This document shows positions 11,455-24,554 of a stretch of DNA of 64,000 nt, one piece after another. This DNA is from Mobula hypostoma (Eukaryota). The stretch's first letter is position 1; each line of letters opens with the position of its first letter. The notes under the pieces are model-generated. The model was not told where the DNA came from. It was given only the letters and a program-made list of their open reading frames with translations, and did not search any database. Location of the stretch: positions 52,020,001 through 52,084,000 of the forward strand of contig NC_086097.1 of NCBI RefSeq assembly GCF_963921235.1. The letters are read 5' to 3'. The translations under genes and the position numbers were made by a program.

Positions 11455-12619
11455 TGCTGTGAAGCTGGTTGTTTCATGGAAGCAGTACAGAATAAAAATA
11501 GAAAAATCTATAAATTACAAAAACAAATAAAAAGTGCAAAAAAAAAGTGAGGGAGTGTTCATGGACCATTCAGAAACCTGACTGTGGAGGGGGAGAAGCT
11601 GTTCATAAGTCATTGAATTTGGGTCTTCAGGCTCCTGTCCCCCTCCTCCCTGATGGTTCAAACGAGAAGAGGGCATGTCCCGGATGGTGAGGGTCCTTAA
11701 TAATAGATGCTTCTTCTCTGAGGCACAGCCTCTTAAAGCTGTCCTCAGGGGTGGGGAGGGATGTTTCTGAGGGAGCTGGCTGAGTTTACAACGCCTGCAG
11801 CCTCTTGTGATCCTGTGCACTAGAAGCTGGATATCAGGCTGTGATGCAGTCAGTTGGAATGCTCTCCATACATCCATAGACATTTGTAAGTCTTTGGTGA
11901 CATACCAAATCTCCTTAAACTCTTAACGAATGCCTTCTTCATAATGGCATCAATGTGTTTGGCCCAGGATAGGTCCCACCAAAATTATTGATGGTCAGAA
12001 ACTTGAAGCTGCTTTGCATCTCTGGTGCTTCAGTGACGACGGGTGTGTGCTCTCCTGACTTCCCCTTCCTGATGTTCCTTGTTCTTGCTGACGTGGAGTG
12101 CGAGGTTGTTGTTGTGACACCGCTCAACCAGCCAATCAATCTCATTCCTGTGAACATCTTCATTGCCATTTTATATTCTACAATAGTAGTAACTTATGCC
12201 ATAAGGATGGTCTGATTCTGAAGATTTAGCTGTAGAATTAGACTGTTCAACCTATTCAGTCTGCTCTCCCATTCAATCATGGCTGATTTTTTCCCCAATC
12301 CTATTCTTTTGCCTTCTCCCTGTAATCCTTAACCCCTTTACCAATCAAGAACCTATCACATTATCTTTTTCCAAAAAAAAGCAACATGATGTTTTACATA
12401 TTTCAGAGAGAGTAGACAGGTCTTTGTCTAATATCTTTTTCAAAAGACCAGAATTCGGATATTTTAGTATTCCCTCCATGTGATACTGGAAAGTCATCCT
12501 GGATCTGTATGTGACAACAGTGGCGTAGCTGGTGGGACTCTGACCTCCTTGAAGGTGACACGTTCAAGTCTCAACATGAAGGCTGAGCATGAACAATAAA
12601 GTTTTAAACTTATGTAGAA

Positions 12620-12815
12620 CTTTTCATGTCCCTCTCAGAAAGTCCTGAATCACTTTACAACTAATGAAGTTCACCTGTAGTGTGCCAAATAATACAAAAT
12701 ACCAGAAGGCCAATTTTATGCAGCAAATTAATGACCAAATAATCTGGTTTGAAAGTGTTATTTGATTTATAAATTGACCTGGACATGGGGAAAGCTTCTC
12801 TGCCTTTTCTTCTGA
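12620..12815 (-). mobile_element. Ancient DeuSINE (SacSINE1/AmnSINE1-like) remnant
   Basis: CACTTTACAACTAATGAAGT..GGCCAATTT..TAATGACCAAATAATCTG..GGACATGGGGAAAGCTTCTCTGC resembles the Deu-domain consensus as I recall it. Not aligned. Confidence 0.55.
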
Positions 12816-13060
12816 GTGACAAATATTACCAGTTGACCCTTTGCAAAAGATACTAGAGATGAAAAATTACCTACTGCCAATATTTTATTCCCATTCATGC
12901 TGAAGCAGAATTTCCAAACCTCGCCTAACTTGCACAACACACATTATGATCAATAAATCTGAAAATACATGCTGCATATTCTGCTTAAATTATTTTAGAT
13001 ACTCACGTGAAATGCTATTTAGTTCAGTCTAACTCATTGAAATTTTATTTTGATAAAAAT

Positions 13061-13270
13061 GAGCCCTTCCAGCCCAACGAGCCCACACTGCCCAATCACA
13101 CCCATGTGACTAATTAACCCATCACGTCTTTTAGAAAGTGGAAGAAACCAGAGCACCTAGTGGAATGCCCTACGGTTACAGGGAGAACATACAAACTCCT
13201 TACTGCCTGTGGCGAAATTGAACCTCAGTCGCAAGTACTGTAATACCAACCACAACTCTGCTGTGGTGGG
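13061..13270 (-). mobile_element. HE1-like tRNA-derived V-SINE
   Basis: GGGAGAACATACAAACTCC V-domain motif, reverse B-box (AATTGAACC) and a CR1-like tail (GCCCTTCCAGCCC). Confidence 0.7.
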
Positions 13271-13429
13271 CAAATATTCCAAATTGTATTTCTTATTTCA
13301 CAGCAGCTAAATAATTGTCCACACTCTTACCTGAAGATTACTTCTCCTGTTAGAATTATTTCCTATCAAAACCTGCAGTTTCCTGGATTCACTCCCATGT
13401 GCACAACCTATCAAATAAGAATAAAAGCA

Positions 13430-14090
13430 CATTAAAAATAGAAGAAGCAGTAAACCGTTTGTCCTTATAGGTTTGCTCTGCTATGCTATAAGATTATGGT
13501 TAATGTTTAACCTCAGCGCCACTTTCTTCCAATGTTCTTATATCACTTTATTCCCCTGATGTGCAAAACTCTATCCATCTTGCCATTGATGCACTCAATG
13601 TTTATAGTCTTCTTGGACGGAGAACTTCAAAAATTCACACTCCTTTGGGTGAGATATTGCTTCTCATCTCAGTCAGGAATGGTCAACCCTTTGGTTTGGG
13701 ATTGTGAGTTCTGGTTCAAGATTCACCAGCCAAGGGAATCTTCAACATACGAGGTACTGTTTTGCCAGACATCTTGAATAGATCAGAAAGTGATGGAGGA
13801 ACTCAGTGGGTCAGGCCACACAATGGTGAGAAAGAAACAATCGACCTTTCGGGCCAAGAACCTTCCAAAATGTCGTCTGTTTATTTATTTCCATAGATGC
13901 AACCTTCCCTGCTGAGTTCTTCCAACATTTTGTGTGTATTGCTCAAGAGAATCATTAACTTTGTATTTAGTCTGGCAAGCCAAACAAGGACTTTATATAT
14001 TTCAATGAGATCATTTCTTAATTCTGCTAAAGTCTGGAGAGTATTTTCAACACCTCTCTGGAATAGTCCACTGTCCCCACAGGCTTCAAG
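13430..14090 (-). mobile_element. Old CR1 3' end containing a degenerate PLE fold-back (~13790-13945)
   Basis: LRNDLIEIYK motif and CR1-type 3' UTR. Internal inverted PLE ends GGAGGAACTCAG / CTGAGTTCTTCC. Confidence 0.6.
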
Positions 14091-14174
14091 ACAGTCACCA
14101 TGATCTCGGTGCCCAACTATCTTAAACTGTCTTAACAACTACCATCCAGTGGCACTGACCTCAACAATAATGAC

Positions 14175-14306
14175 AAACAAGAGAAAATTTGCAGATGCTG
14201 GAAATCCAAGCAACACACACAAAATTCTGGAGCAACTCAGCAGGCCAGGCAGCATCTATGGGAAAGAGGAAACAGTCAACATTTCTGGATGAGACCCTTC
14301 ATCAGT
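14175..14306 (-). mobile_element. PLE 3' end with degenerate hammerhead motif
   Basis: Reverse complement reads CTGATGAAGGGTCTCATCCAGAAATGTTGACTG...CCAGCATCTGCA. Confidence 0.8.
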
Positions 14307-14945
14307 CAATGCAATGTTGGCATTCATTTCAAGGACAATAGAATATGAAAACAAGGAGATAATGCTGAGGCTTTATAAGACAGTAGTCAGGCCGCACACA
14401 GTATTGTCAATGGTTTTGGGTTCCATATCTCAGAAAGGATGAAGAGAGTCCAGAGGAGGTTTACGAGGATGCTTCTGGGAATGAAGAGTTTAACATATGA
14501 GGAGCGTTTGGCAGCTTTAGGCCTGTACTCACTGGAATTTAGAAGAATGCAGGGATGATTTCATTGAAACCTACCGAATGTTGAAAGGACTAGATAAGGT
14601 GGACGTTGAGAGGAATTTACCAATGGTGGAGGTGTCCAGAACGAGAGGGCACAGCCTCAGAATTGAAGGGTGACCCTTTAGAAGAGAGTTAAGGAGGAAT
14701 TTATTTTTTATAGCTGGAGAGTAGTGAATCAGTGGAATGCTCTGCCACAGACCGCTGTGGAGGCCAAGACCGAGGGTATATTTAAAATGAAAATTGATAG
14801 TTTCCTGACTGGTCAGGGCATCAAAGGATATGGCAAGAAAGCAGGTGTATGGGGTTGTGGGATCCAGGATCAGCCAGGATGGAATGGTGGCGCAGACTTG
14901 ATGAGCTGAATGGCCTAATTCTCCTTCTAGGTCTTATGGTCTTAT
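14307..14945 (+). mobile_element. CR1 LINE 3' end
   Basis: NAMLAFISR..MLRLYKT.VRP, RVQRRFTRML, WNALP motifs, 3' UTR hairpin and TCTTATGG tail. Confidence 0.85.
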
Positions 14946-16150
14946 GCTGTTTATCAACTTCAGCTTGGCATTTAATTTGATTATCCCTCAGCAGCTGGTG
15001 GGTAAACTGCCCTCATTGGATCTCAACACCTCTCTCTGCAACTGAATCTTGGACTTCTTGACATAAAGACCACAGTCAGTCCATGTTGGCAGAACAGCTC
15101 TAGCTCCATCACGCCGAGCACCGGTGCCCCAAGAGCTGCGTGCTTAGCCCACTGCTGTTCATGTTGCATGATGCATTACTGTACTGCTAGATGTGGCTCA
15201 AACTGAATCACCAAGTTCACTGATGACACAACAGTGTTTGGCCTCATCAACAACGATGACAAGATGGTGTATAGAAAGGAGGTAAATCAGCTTGTAGAAT
15301 AGCGCGAGCGCAACTTGAATCTCAAAGTGGACTAGACTAAGGAAATAATTATCGACATTAGGAAGTTACTGGCTGACTACTCCTCAATGCACATAAGTGG
15401 CTTTTCTGTGGAGAAATTTAGAAGCACCAAGTTTTTGGGAGTGCACATAACATGTGATTTCATCTGATCCCTCAACACCACTCTTTAGTCAAGAAAGCAC
15501 AACAGTGTCTCCACTTCCTAAAGAGATTGAGGCTCCCACCCCCACCTTCATTCCAATGAATTTTTACAGGAGCACCCTTGAGAGGGTCCTGACCAGCTAC
15601 GTCACCAACTGGTATGGGAATTGCAAGGCATCTGACTACAAGATCTTAGAAAGAATTGTAAGGACTGCTGAGGATCATTATGGTCTCTCTTCCACCCATC
15701 GGAGATATTTATCCAGAACGCTGTCTACGCAGGGCCCTTAGCATTGTCAATGATTCCTCCCTTCTGCCCCACAATCTCTTTGAACCCCCACCATCAGGCA
15801 GGAGGTAACATGGCATTAAGACAAGGACTGTTAGTGTGGGAAATAGTTTCTTCCCACTGGCTATGAGACTACAGAACTCCCTGCCAATAGCCAGGACTCA
15901 TTATTTATGAAGCACCAGTAGCTTTATACTGTTCACTTTTTAACTTGTTTGTATGTGCACCTTATGCTAAATGTCAATCTTCTGGAATTCATTTTATTAT
16001 TTTGAAATTTATTTGTGGTAATTTTACTCTATGAGTTGTGTGTGAGTTACTTGTACTGTGTTGTGCACCTTGATCCAGAGGAACATTGTTCTGTTTGGCA
16101 GTATAATGTATATGGATAAATGACATAGACTCTATCTTAAACTTGAACTT
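14946..16150 (+). mobile_element. Rex1/Babar LINE 3' portion
   Basis: Degenerate ILDFLT, CVLSPLLF, KFTDD, KFLGV, FYRSTLE motifs and (AACTTG)n tail. Confidence 0.8.
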
Positions 16151-16561
16151 GACAAAAGTAGTAAATGCTGGAAGGAGCCAGCAGGTTAGACAACATTTCT
16201 GGGAATAAAAACAGGGATAATATTTCAGGTCAAAGACCATTGGTCAGAACAGTAGAAGAAGAACATAAAACAAGTTAATTTGAAGTTTTAGAGAGGGTTG
16301 TGGAAGGATGGATAGACAAAGGAATATCTAATTGGATGAGGCCTGGATTGCCTTGGGGTTAACTTGAGAATAAGTTATGCAGTTGATAGAAGGATAGCTG
16401 GAGAGAAAAGGAACATGAACAGAAGCAATGAAATGAAAGCAATTTGAGCCAGGTAACATAAAGGTTGAAAAATGTGAGACTGAGAAATGTAAGTATTGCC
16501 AGTGGAGAGCATGAAACTGAGGATGGATGACCTACATCACACTAGTCCTTTGCTATACCGA

Positions 16562-19230
16562 GTCAGAGAGTAATATGTCACTGATACAGGCCCTTTGGCC
16601 CAATCAGTCCATGCTAACCACAGTGCCCATTCAGCTAGTCCCAATTTCCTGTATTTGGCCCATATCCCTCTAAGTCTCACTCCTCCATGAACCTAACCAA
16701 GTCCTTCTTAAATGAGATTACTGTATCTGCCTCAACCACTTTTTCAGGTGTCTCGTTCCATACACTCACCACCTTCTGCATGAAATGTTGCCCCTCAGGT
16801 CTCTTTTAAATATTTTCCCTCTTACTCTAAATCTATGCCCCCTAGTTTCAGTCTCTGCTACCCTGGAGAAAAGGCTGCTACCATTCATACCTCTCATAGT
16901 TATAAACACTTCTATCAGGTCACCCCTCATTCCAATGAATAAAGATCTAGGCTGGCCAACCTCTCTCTATAACTGAGGCACTCTTGACCTATCAACTTCC
17001 TCGTCAATTTTTCAATACAATTCTGGTTTAGCCACACCTTTCCTATAAAAGGATGACAAAACTATACACAGTACTCCGACTATGGGCTCACCAATGATTT
17101 ATACAACTGAAACATTATATCCCAACTCCAATACCAAATGGCCTAACTGATGAATACCAACAAGTTAATTGCCTTTTTCTCCTCACTGTCTGATTGTGAT
17201 ATCTCTTTCAATGTACTATGTATGTACTTGTATTCCTAATTCCCTCTGTTTCATTAAACTTCCTAGTGCCCTACTATTCATAGTATATGTGCTACACTGG
17301 TTTGACTTTTACCTTATACTTGTATGCATTGGAATCCATTTGCCACTTTTTGGCCCAGTTCCCTAACTGATCAAGATCTACAATAACCTTCTTCACTACT
17401 CCTAATTTTGTGTCAGCCACCTGATGCATTCATATCCAAGTCACTTATATTAATAAAGAATAATAATGGTCCCAACACTGACCCTGTGGCACACCACTAG
17501 TTACTGGCCTCCATTTTGAAAAACAACTTTCAGTCACCACCTTCTGCTTCCTACGTCCAAGTCAATTTTGAATCCACCTAACCAGCTCTCCCTGGATTCC
17601 ATGGCAACTAAACTTCCAAGTCAGCCTGCCATGTGGGAAGGTCTTAGTAAAGTCCAAATAAACAACATCCAAGGGTACACTGCTATACCCTTTAATGTAC
17701 TTCTTCAAAATACTCTAAAAGGTTTGTCAAGCACAACTTTTCACACACAAAGCCATGATGACCCCTCTTAATCAGATTCTGTTTATCCAAATGCTGTTAA
17801 ATCCTGTCCTTTAACGTACCCTTCAGTAATTTCTCCACTATTGATAACAGGCTGACAAGCCTAGCTTACCTTTGGTACCATTTTTAAATGATGCCATCTT
17901 GCAGTCTTCAGGAACTTCACAAGTGGGTAACGATGAAGCAACTATCTTGGTCAGGGCCTTTGCAATTTCCTCTCTCGCCTCGCAGAAAGTCTGAGGATTC
18001 ACTCAGCCAGGCCCTGGGTATTTATTCATCTTCGTGCACTGTAAGGCTGGAAATACCACCTCCCTGGTAAACACAGGGGAGAAATGTTTGTTGAAAATCC
18101 CACCCATTTCTTGCTGCTCAAGACGTAGGCGGCCCTGCTGATCTCTGGGGGAGCTAAACTCTCACCAGCCTCCCTTTCACTCTTAATACCGCTATGGAAC
18201 CTCTTGGATATTTCCTAACCTTACATCCCAGATCCATCTCATACTCTCTGTTTGCCAACCTGATTTTCCTCAAAATTTTTCTTAATCTTCATATACTCGT
18301 CAAAGTATTTACTCAGTCCTGACCTCCTAAGGGTGAACAGCTTTAAGTTCTTCAGCATACACATCACCGAAGATCTCACGTGGTCTGTACTTACCGGCTG
18401 TGAGGTGAAAAAAGCACAACGGCACCTCTTTCACCTCAGATAGTTGAAGAACTTTGGCTTGATTCCCCAGATTCTAAGGACTTCCTACAGGAGTACAATT
18501 GAGAGAATCCCAACTGGCTGCATCACTTCCCTCAATCACAGCACTCTGCAGAGAGTGATGTGGACAGCCCAGCGCATCTGTAGATGTGAGCTTCCCACTA
18601 TTCAGGACACTTACAGAGACAGGTGCATAAAAAGGGTCCAAAGGATCATTGGAGACCCGAGTCATCCCAACCACAAACTGTTCCAGCTGCTACCATCTGG
18701 GAAACAGTACTGCAGCGTAAAAGTCAGGACCAACAGGCTCTGGGACAGCTTCTTCCACCAGGCCATCAGACTGATTAATTCATGCTGATACAATTGTATT
18801 TCTATGCTATATTTACTGCCCTGTTGTACATACTATTTACTACTACTATTTATTACAAATTACTATAAATTGCACATTGCACATTTAGACGGAGACATAA
18901 CGTAAAGATTTTTATTCCTCATGTATGTGAAGGACATAAATAAAGTCAATTCAATTCAATTCCCCTGAAGTTTCTGCTAACTATTGGTCACACCAATAAT
19001 AATACTCCCACTCCTTGTTTCTACATTCTACCTACAAGGCCCCACTGGACAATACCCCAAGAATGTTATCTCTAAGTACTGCCCTATATCCTCCCTTATC
19101 AAGAAATCTACATCACCTCCTCACTTATCTGTAGCTCTGTCACGCTGGTTGCATCTGAATCCTGGAATACCAAGCTGCCAGTCCTGTCCTTATCTCAGCC
19201 ATGTTTCTGTTGTGACTATAACATCCTAGC
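16562..19230 (-). mobile_element. CR1 LINE, decayed with internal deletions
   Basis: Tail AGTCAGAGAG..CAGGCCCTTTGGCCCA at 16561, RT remnants (VPQG at ~17485) and endonuclease start (YDVIVTTETWL) at ~19195-19228. Confidence 0.75.
18330..18961 (+). mobile_element. Rex1/Babar LINE 3' fragment nested in CR1
   Basis: ORF 18444-18788 (YRSTIERI..DPSHPNHKLFQLLPSGKQY..DSFFHQAIRLIN) and (TCAAT)n tail. Confidence 0.85.
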
Positions 19231-19419
19231 CCTTAGAACCAAGCAGAGGTAAACAGAAACAAGGAGTTACTCAGAGTTACAGAATTTGATATTGAATCCA
19301 GAGGCTGCAACTTATCCGGATGAAAGATGAGGTATTGTTCCCTGAGTTTCATCATACTTTGTCATAATAGTACAGCAAGCCATTGAGAAGTCAGAGCAAG
19401 AGTATGATAGACAATTAGT

Positions 19420-19815
19420 TCCCACTACTTATTAAATGCTCCCAATGACATACGTCTCAAGCCTCTGACAACCAAGTCCAGTTCATAGCCTTCACCTGTG
19501 GCTTAGCGAAGTCGAGTGAAAACGTTTTCACTGACAGGAGAAGGGGCAATGGCGGGTAACTGGTGCCTTAAAACCAGTTGCTCTTGGGCAGTTGGGACTC
19601 GTCAGCCATGGTTGGCAGCTCATCTAGGAAATGGAAAACTCTGATCTCAAACCTCCACTCATGGGGAAGGCTTCAGTAGTAAATCCCAAGAAGCCAGAGC
19701 TAGGGTCCCTAAGGCAGTCCTACATTGAGTTTAATTCTAACTGGCAACTCCTAAAACGCCACTGGTGCCCAAACTTTCCGTTCCTTTGGATCGATCAGCT
19801 GTGTGGAAAGGGGGA
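19420..19815 (+). mobile_element. Unclassified LINE 5'-UTR-like repeat (RTE/Vingi-like)
   Basis: CATCTAGGA..GGAAAACTCTGATCTCAAACCTCC resembles RTE/Vingi 5' regions as recalled. No ORF. Confidence 0.35.
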
Positions 19816-19821
19816 GCCTTT

Positions 19822-20365
19822 GTTACCTAAAGCATCAAAAACTTCTATAGATGTAGCGTGGAGAGCATTCTGACAGGCTGCAGCACTGTCTGGTATAGAG
19901 GAGGTGTTGGGCTACAGCACAGGACTGAAAGAAGCTGCAGAAAGTTGTAAAATTAGTCAGTGCCATCTTGGGTACTAGCCTCCGTAGTATCCAAGACATC
20001 TTCACGGAGTGGTGCCTGAGAAAGGCGCCGTCTATTATTGAGAATCCTCATCACCCAGGACACGCTGTCTTTTCACTGTTACCGTCGGGAAGGAGGTACA
20101 GAAGCCTGAAAGCACACACTCAGTGATTCAGGAACAGCTTCTTCCCCTCTGCCATCCGATTCCTAAATGGACATTGAATCCTTGAACACCACTTCACTTT
20201 TTTATATTATTTCTGTCATGCACTATTTTTAATCTAACTATTTAATATAGAAATATTCTTATTGTAATTGATTTACTTATTTATTTTTTCTTTCTATATT
20301 ATCATGTATTGCATTGAACTGCTGCTTCTAAGTCAACAAATTTCACGACGCATGCTGGTGATGAT
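19822..20365 (+). mobile_element. Rex1/Babar LINE 3' fragment
   Basis: FYRCSVESILTGC, HHPGHAVFSLLPSGRRYRSL, RNSFFPSAIRFLN. Confidence 0.85.
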
Positions 20366-20979
20366 AAGCCTGATCATCATCCTGAATAACTTTTCCAATT
20401 TCATCTGCATTCAACAACTATCAGGATTAAACTCACCAGCCATTTGTTTGGAATATTTTCTTTTCTGTCTGCATCTTGCTATAAAAATAGGCAATTCATT
20501 AACCCTTTTTTTCGGAAAGCAATTATTTCTGTATATGGTGGATTTAGCTTCAGTATTTTCTGCTATCTGGTTTATATTGTGCTGCTGAATGACTAAGGGA
20601 ATGAAATCTACTGTGCAGTTCTTAATAGCCTTGAACAAAGTGCAGGGATTTTTGATGAATTTGTTATCCTCTGATCAGGTTTAACGTAGATCGGAATAAA
20701 TACATTGTGGAAGCTTCAATTTGTGCAGAGATTTCAAGACCAATCATTTGTCACTGTCACAAAAGACATTTGTGATAACTTTATGATTCAAGATCCTTCC
20801 AAGATTTTATGAGCCTTTCCAGTTTTCAAATCGCTCAAATCAGTCCATTGATGATACCAGAGCCTCTGCACAGCACTCTGTCCTGTCCCACCTGGAAAAT
20901 GCTGACTCATTAAGTCGGGAACACACATAAAAGTTGTTGGTGAACGCAGCAGGCCAGGCAGCATCTCTAGGAAGAGGTA

Positions 20980-21017
20980 CAGTCGATTTTTCGGGCCGAG
21001 ACCCTTCGTCAGGACTA
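20980..21017 (-). ncRNA. Minimal hammerhead ribozyme motif (PLE)
   Basis: Reverse complement TAGTC-CTGACGA-AGGGTCTCGGCCC-GAAA-AATC-GACTG. Core intact, stem III mutated. Confidence 0.6.
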
Positions 21018-22878
21018 ACTGAAAGAAGAGCTGGTAAGAGATTTGAAAGTGGGGGGGGGAAGGGGGAGATCCGAAGTGATAGGAGAAGACAGGAGGGGGA
21101 GAAATGGAGCCAAGAGCTGGACTGGTGATTGGCAAAAGGGATATGAGAGGATCATGGGACAGGAGGCCCAGGGAGAAGGAAAAGGGGGAGGGGGGAAAAG
21201 CCCAAAGGATGGGCAAGGGGTATAGTGAGAGGGACAGAGGGAGAAAAAGGAGAGAGAGAGAAAAAGAATGTGTGTATATAAATAAATAACGGATGGGGTA
21301 CAAGGGGGAGGTGGGGCATTAGCAGAAGTTTGAGGAGTCACTGTTCATGCCATCAGGTTGGAGGCTACCCAGACGGAATATAAGGTGTTGTTCTTCCAAC
21401 CTGAGTGTGGCTTCATCTTCACAGTAGAGGAGGTCGTGGATAGACATGTCAGAATGGGAATGGGATGTGGAATTAAAATGTGTGGCCACTGGAGATCCTG
21501 CTTTCTCTGGTGGACAAAGCGTAGGTTTTCAGCGAAATGATCTCCCAGTCTGCGTCAGGTGTCGCCAATATATAGAAGGCCACATCGGGAGCACCGGATG
21601 CAGTACATCACCCCAGCCGACTCACAGGTGAAATGTGAAAGCAGAGGGGTGGGGAGGGAAAGATGTGCTTAGTGGTGGGATCCCGTTGGAGGTGGTGGAA
21701 GTTACGGAGAATAATATGTTGGACCTGGAGGCTGGTGGGGTGGTAGGTGAGGACCAGGGGAACCCTATTCCTAGTGGGGTGGCAGGAGGATGGAGTGAGA
21801 GCAGATGTGCGTGAAATGGGGGAGATGTGTTTAAGAGCAGAGTTGATGGTGGAGGAAGGGAAGCCCCTTTCTTTAAAAAAGAAGGACATCTCACTCGTCC
21901 TGGAATGAAAAGCCTCATCCTGAGAGCAGATGCAGCGGAGACGGAGGAATTGCGAGAAGGGAGTGGCATTTTTGCAAGAGAGAGGAATAATCCAGATAGC
22001 CGTGAGAGTCAGTAGGCTTATAGTAGACATCAGTAGATAAGCTGTCTCCAGAGATAGAGACAGAAAGATCTAGAAAGGGGAGGGAGGTTTCCACAGGGAT
22101 CACTCCCTACGCGACTCCCTTGTCCATTTGTCCCCCCCATCCCTCCCCACTGATCTCCCTCCTGGCACTTATCCTTGTAAGTGGAACAAGTGCTACACAT
22201 GCCCTTACACTTCCTCCCTCACCACCATTCAGGGCCCCAGACAGTCCTTCCAGGTGAGGCGACACTTCACCTGTGAGTCGGCTGGGGTGATATACTGTGT
22301 CCGGCGCTCCTGATGTGGCCTTCTATATATCGGCGAGGCCCAACGCAGACTGGGAGATTGTTTTGCTGAACACCTACGTTCTGTCCGCCAGAGAAAGCAG
22401 GATCTCCCAGTGGCCAGACATTTTAATTCCACGTCCCATTCCCATTCTGACATGTCTATCCACGGCCTCCTCTACTGTAAAGATGAAGCCACACTCAGGC
22501 TGGAGGAACAACACCTTATATTCCGTCTGGGTAGCCTCCAACCTGATGGCATGAACATTGACTTCTCTAACTTCCGCTAATGCCCCACCTCCCCCTTGTA
22601 CCCCATCTGTTATTTATTGAAATACACACATTCTTTTTCTCTCTCTCCTTTTTCTCCCTTTGTCCCTCTCACTATACCCCTTGCCCATCCTTTGGGTTTT
22701 TCCCCCCTCCCCCTTTTCCTTCTCCCTGGGCCTCCTGTCCCATGATCCTCTCATATCCCTTTTGCCAATCACCTGTCCAGCTCTTGGCTCCATTTCTCCC
22801 CCTTCCGTCTTCTCCTAACATTTTGGATCTTCCCCTCCCCCTCCCACTTTCAAACCTCTTACTAGCTCTTCTTTCAGT

Positions 22879-22916
22879 TAGTCCTGACAAAGGGTCTCGG
22901 CCTGAAACGTCGACTG
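22879..22916 (+). ncRNA. Minimal hammerhead ribozyme motif (PLE), core mutated
   Basis: TAGTC-CTGACAA-AGGGTCTCGGCCT-GAAAC-GTC-GACTG. CUGANGA has become CUGACAA. Confidence 0.55.
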
Positions 22917-23029
22917 TACCTCTTCCTAGAGATGCTGCCTGGCCTGCTGCGTTCACCAGCAACTTTTATGTATGTTGCTTGAAATTCCAGCATCTGCAGA
23001 TTTCCTTGTGTTTACGTCATTAAGCCGAG

Positions 23030-24192
23030 ATGCTGTTTATTGACTTTAGCTCGACACGTAATGTGACCGTTGCTCAGAAGCTGGTGGGTAAACTGTCTTT
23101 GTTGGGTCTTAAAGCTTCTCCCTGACGCTGGATCCTGGAATTCTTGACAGAAAGGCTGCAGTCATTCAGTGTTGGCAGAAGCATTTCGAGCTCCATCACG
23201 CTGAGCACCAGCACTCCCCAGGACTGTGTGCTCTGCCCGCTGCTGTTCACGCTGCTGATGCACCACTGCACTGCTGGATCCAGTTCAAACCTAATCATCA
23301 AGTTCTCTGATGACACCACAGTGGTTGGCCACATCAACAATGACAAGGAGACAGTGAACAGAGAGGGGATAGAGTGGCTGGTAGAATGGTATGAGGACAA
23401 CTTGAACAAGACCAAAGAGATGATTGTGAACTTTAAGAAAGTGCAGGCTGACTACTCCTCACTGCACATGCACGGCTGCTTTGTGAGGAAAGTTCGGAGA
23501 ACCAAGTTTCTGGGAGTACACATAATGGACGATCTCACCTGGTTGCTCAGAACCTCTACTTTGGTCAAGAAAGCGCAGCAGCATCTCCTCTTCTTGGAGA
23601 TTTTGGCAAGAGTGGCTTCCCCAACAACCTCCCCACCCCCCGCTCCATTTTAACTAATTTTTACAAGAGCACCATTGAGAGTGTCCTGGAACAGGAATTG
23701 CAAGGCATCTAACTTCAAGTCCCTCCAAAGGATTGAGAGAAGCATTAGGGTCTCTCTTTAACTGCCATCTGAGATATTTATCAGGAGTGCTGCATATACA
23801 GGGCCCTTAGCATTGTCAATAATCCCTCCCATCTGTCCCACAATCTCTTTGACCCCCTATCATCAGACAGGAGCTACCATAGCATTAGAATGAGGACTGA
23901 TAGGATAGGAAACTGTTTCTTTCCTCTGGCCGTGAGACTACTGAACTCCCTGCCATCATCTAGGTCTCGTCATGTGTGAAGCACCAGTAGCGCTATACTG
24001 TTTACTTCTAAACTTGTGTCATTTATTCACCTTATTATTTGTTAATTTACTAGTGGTAATATTAATGTATGTGTTTTGTGTGTGTGAGATATATATACTG
24101 TGTTGTGCACCTTCGTCTGGAGGTGTGTTGTCTTATTTGGCAGTCAACGTGTGTGATTGAATGGCAATAAACTGAAGCTGAACTTGAATTTG
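23030..24192 (+). mobile_element. Rex1/Babar LINE 3' portion
   Basis: ORF 23144-23653: PQDCVLCPLLFTL, KFSDDTTVVG, KTKEMIVNF, KFLGVHI, KKAQQHL. Confidence 0.85.
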
Positions 24193-24554
24193 ATTCAAGC
24201 TTTAAACTGAGCAGTTTCTAGTGGGAACAATGAAGCATGAATGTGAGAGAGAGCAATGAAGCTTTTATCGTTCACTGCTAAAACATTTTCATCAATTAAG
24301 ATGGTCTGTTTATAATGATATCCACATTTCATGTATGCTCTATTGAGTGATCATACATACTTTTTTTATGAAATCATACCTGAAAATGCATATTTATATT
24401 TGTATCTGATGAAATGCTGAACAGATCGGTGTGCATTCACTCGAAAACTGCTGTACAATGCAGCATTAATAATGTGATAGAAATATGCATTTAGATATAT
24501 AAGTGACCAAAATGTACATGAATCTTCACATGATCCTCTTGGGTGCTCTTATTC

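Larger units (their letters stand above)
10770..12190 (-). mobile_element. Rex1/Babar LINE 3' portion interrupted by a PLE
   Basis: GAATCTGAATCAG tail at ~10770 and Rex1 RT C-terminal remnants at 11560-12190. Sequence resumes after the PLE TSD. Confidence 0.75.
16152..19415 (-). mobile_element. Old PLE split by a CR1 (PLE parts ~16152-16540 and ~19230-19415)
   Basis: pLTR-like end AAATGCTGGAAG..CAGCAGGTTAG at 16165. Reverse GIY-YIG C-terminus (EQYLIF..LQP..NIKF) at ~19280-19345. Confidence 0.5.
20921..23016. mobile_element. Penelope-like element with inverted arms (minus ~20921-22090, plus ~22090-23016)
   Basis: RT C-terminus (LPFLDLSV..TDVYYKPTDSHGYLDYSS, PFSQFLRLRCICS) and GIY-YIG (FTCESAGVIYC..LLYIGE). 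Mirror-image pLTRs and imperfect 14-bp TSD TCATTAAG(T/C)CG(G/A)GA (20907-20920, 23017-23030). Confidence 0.9.
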
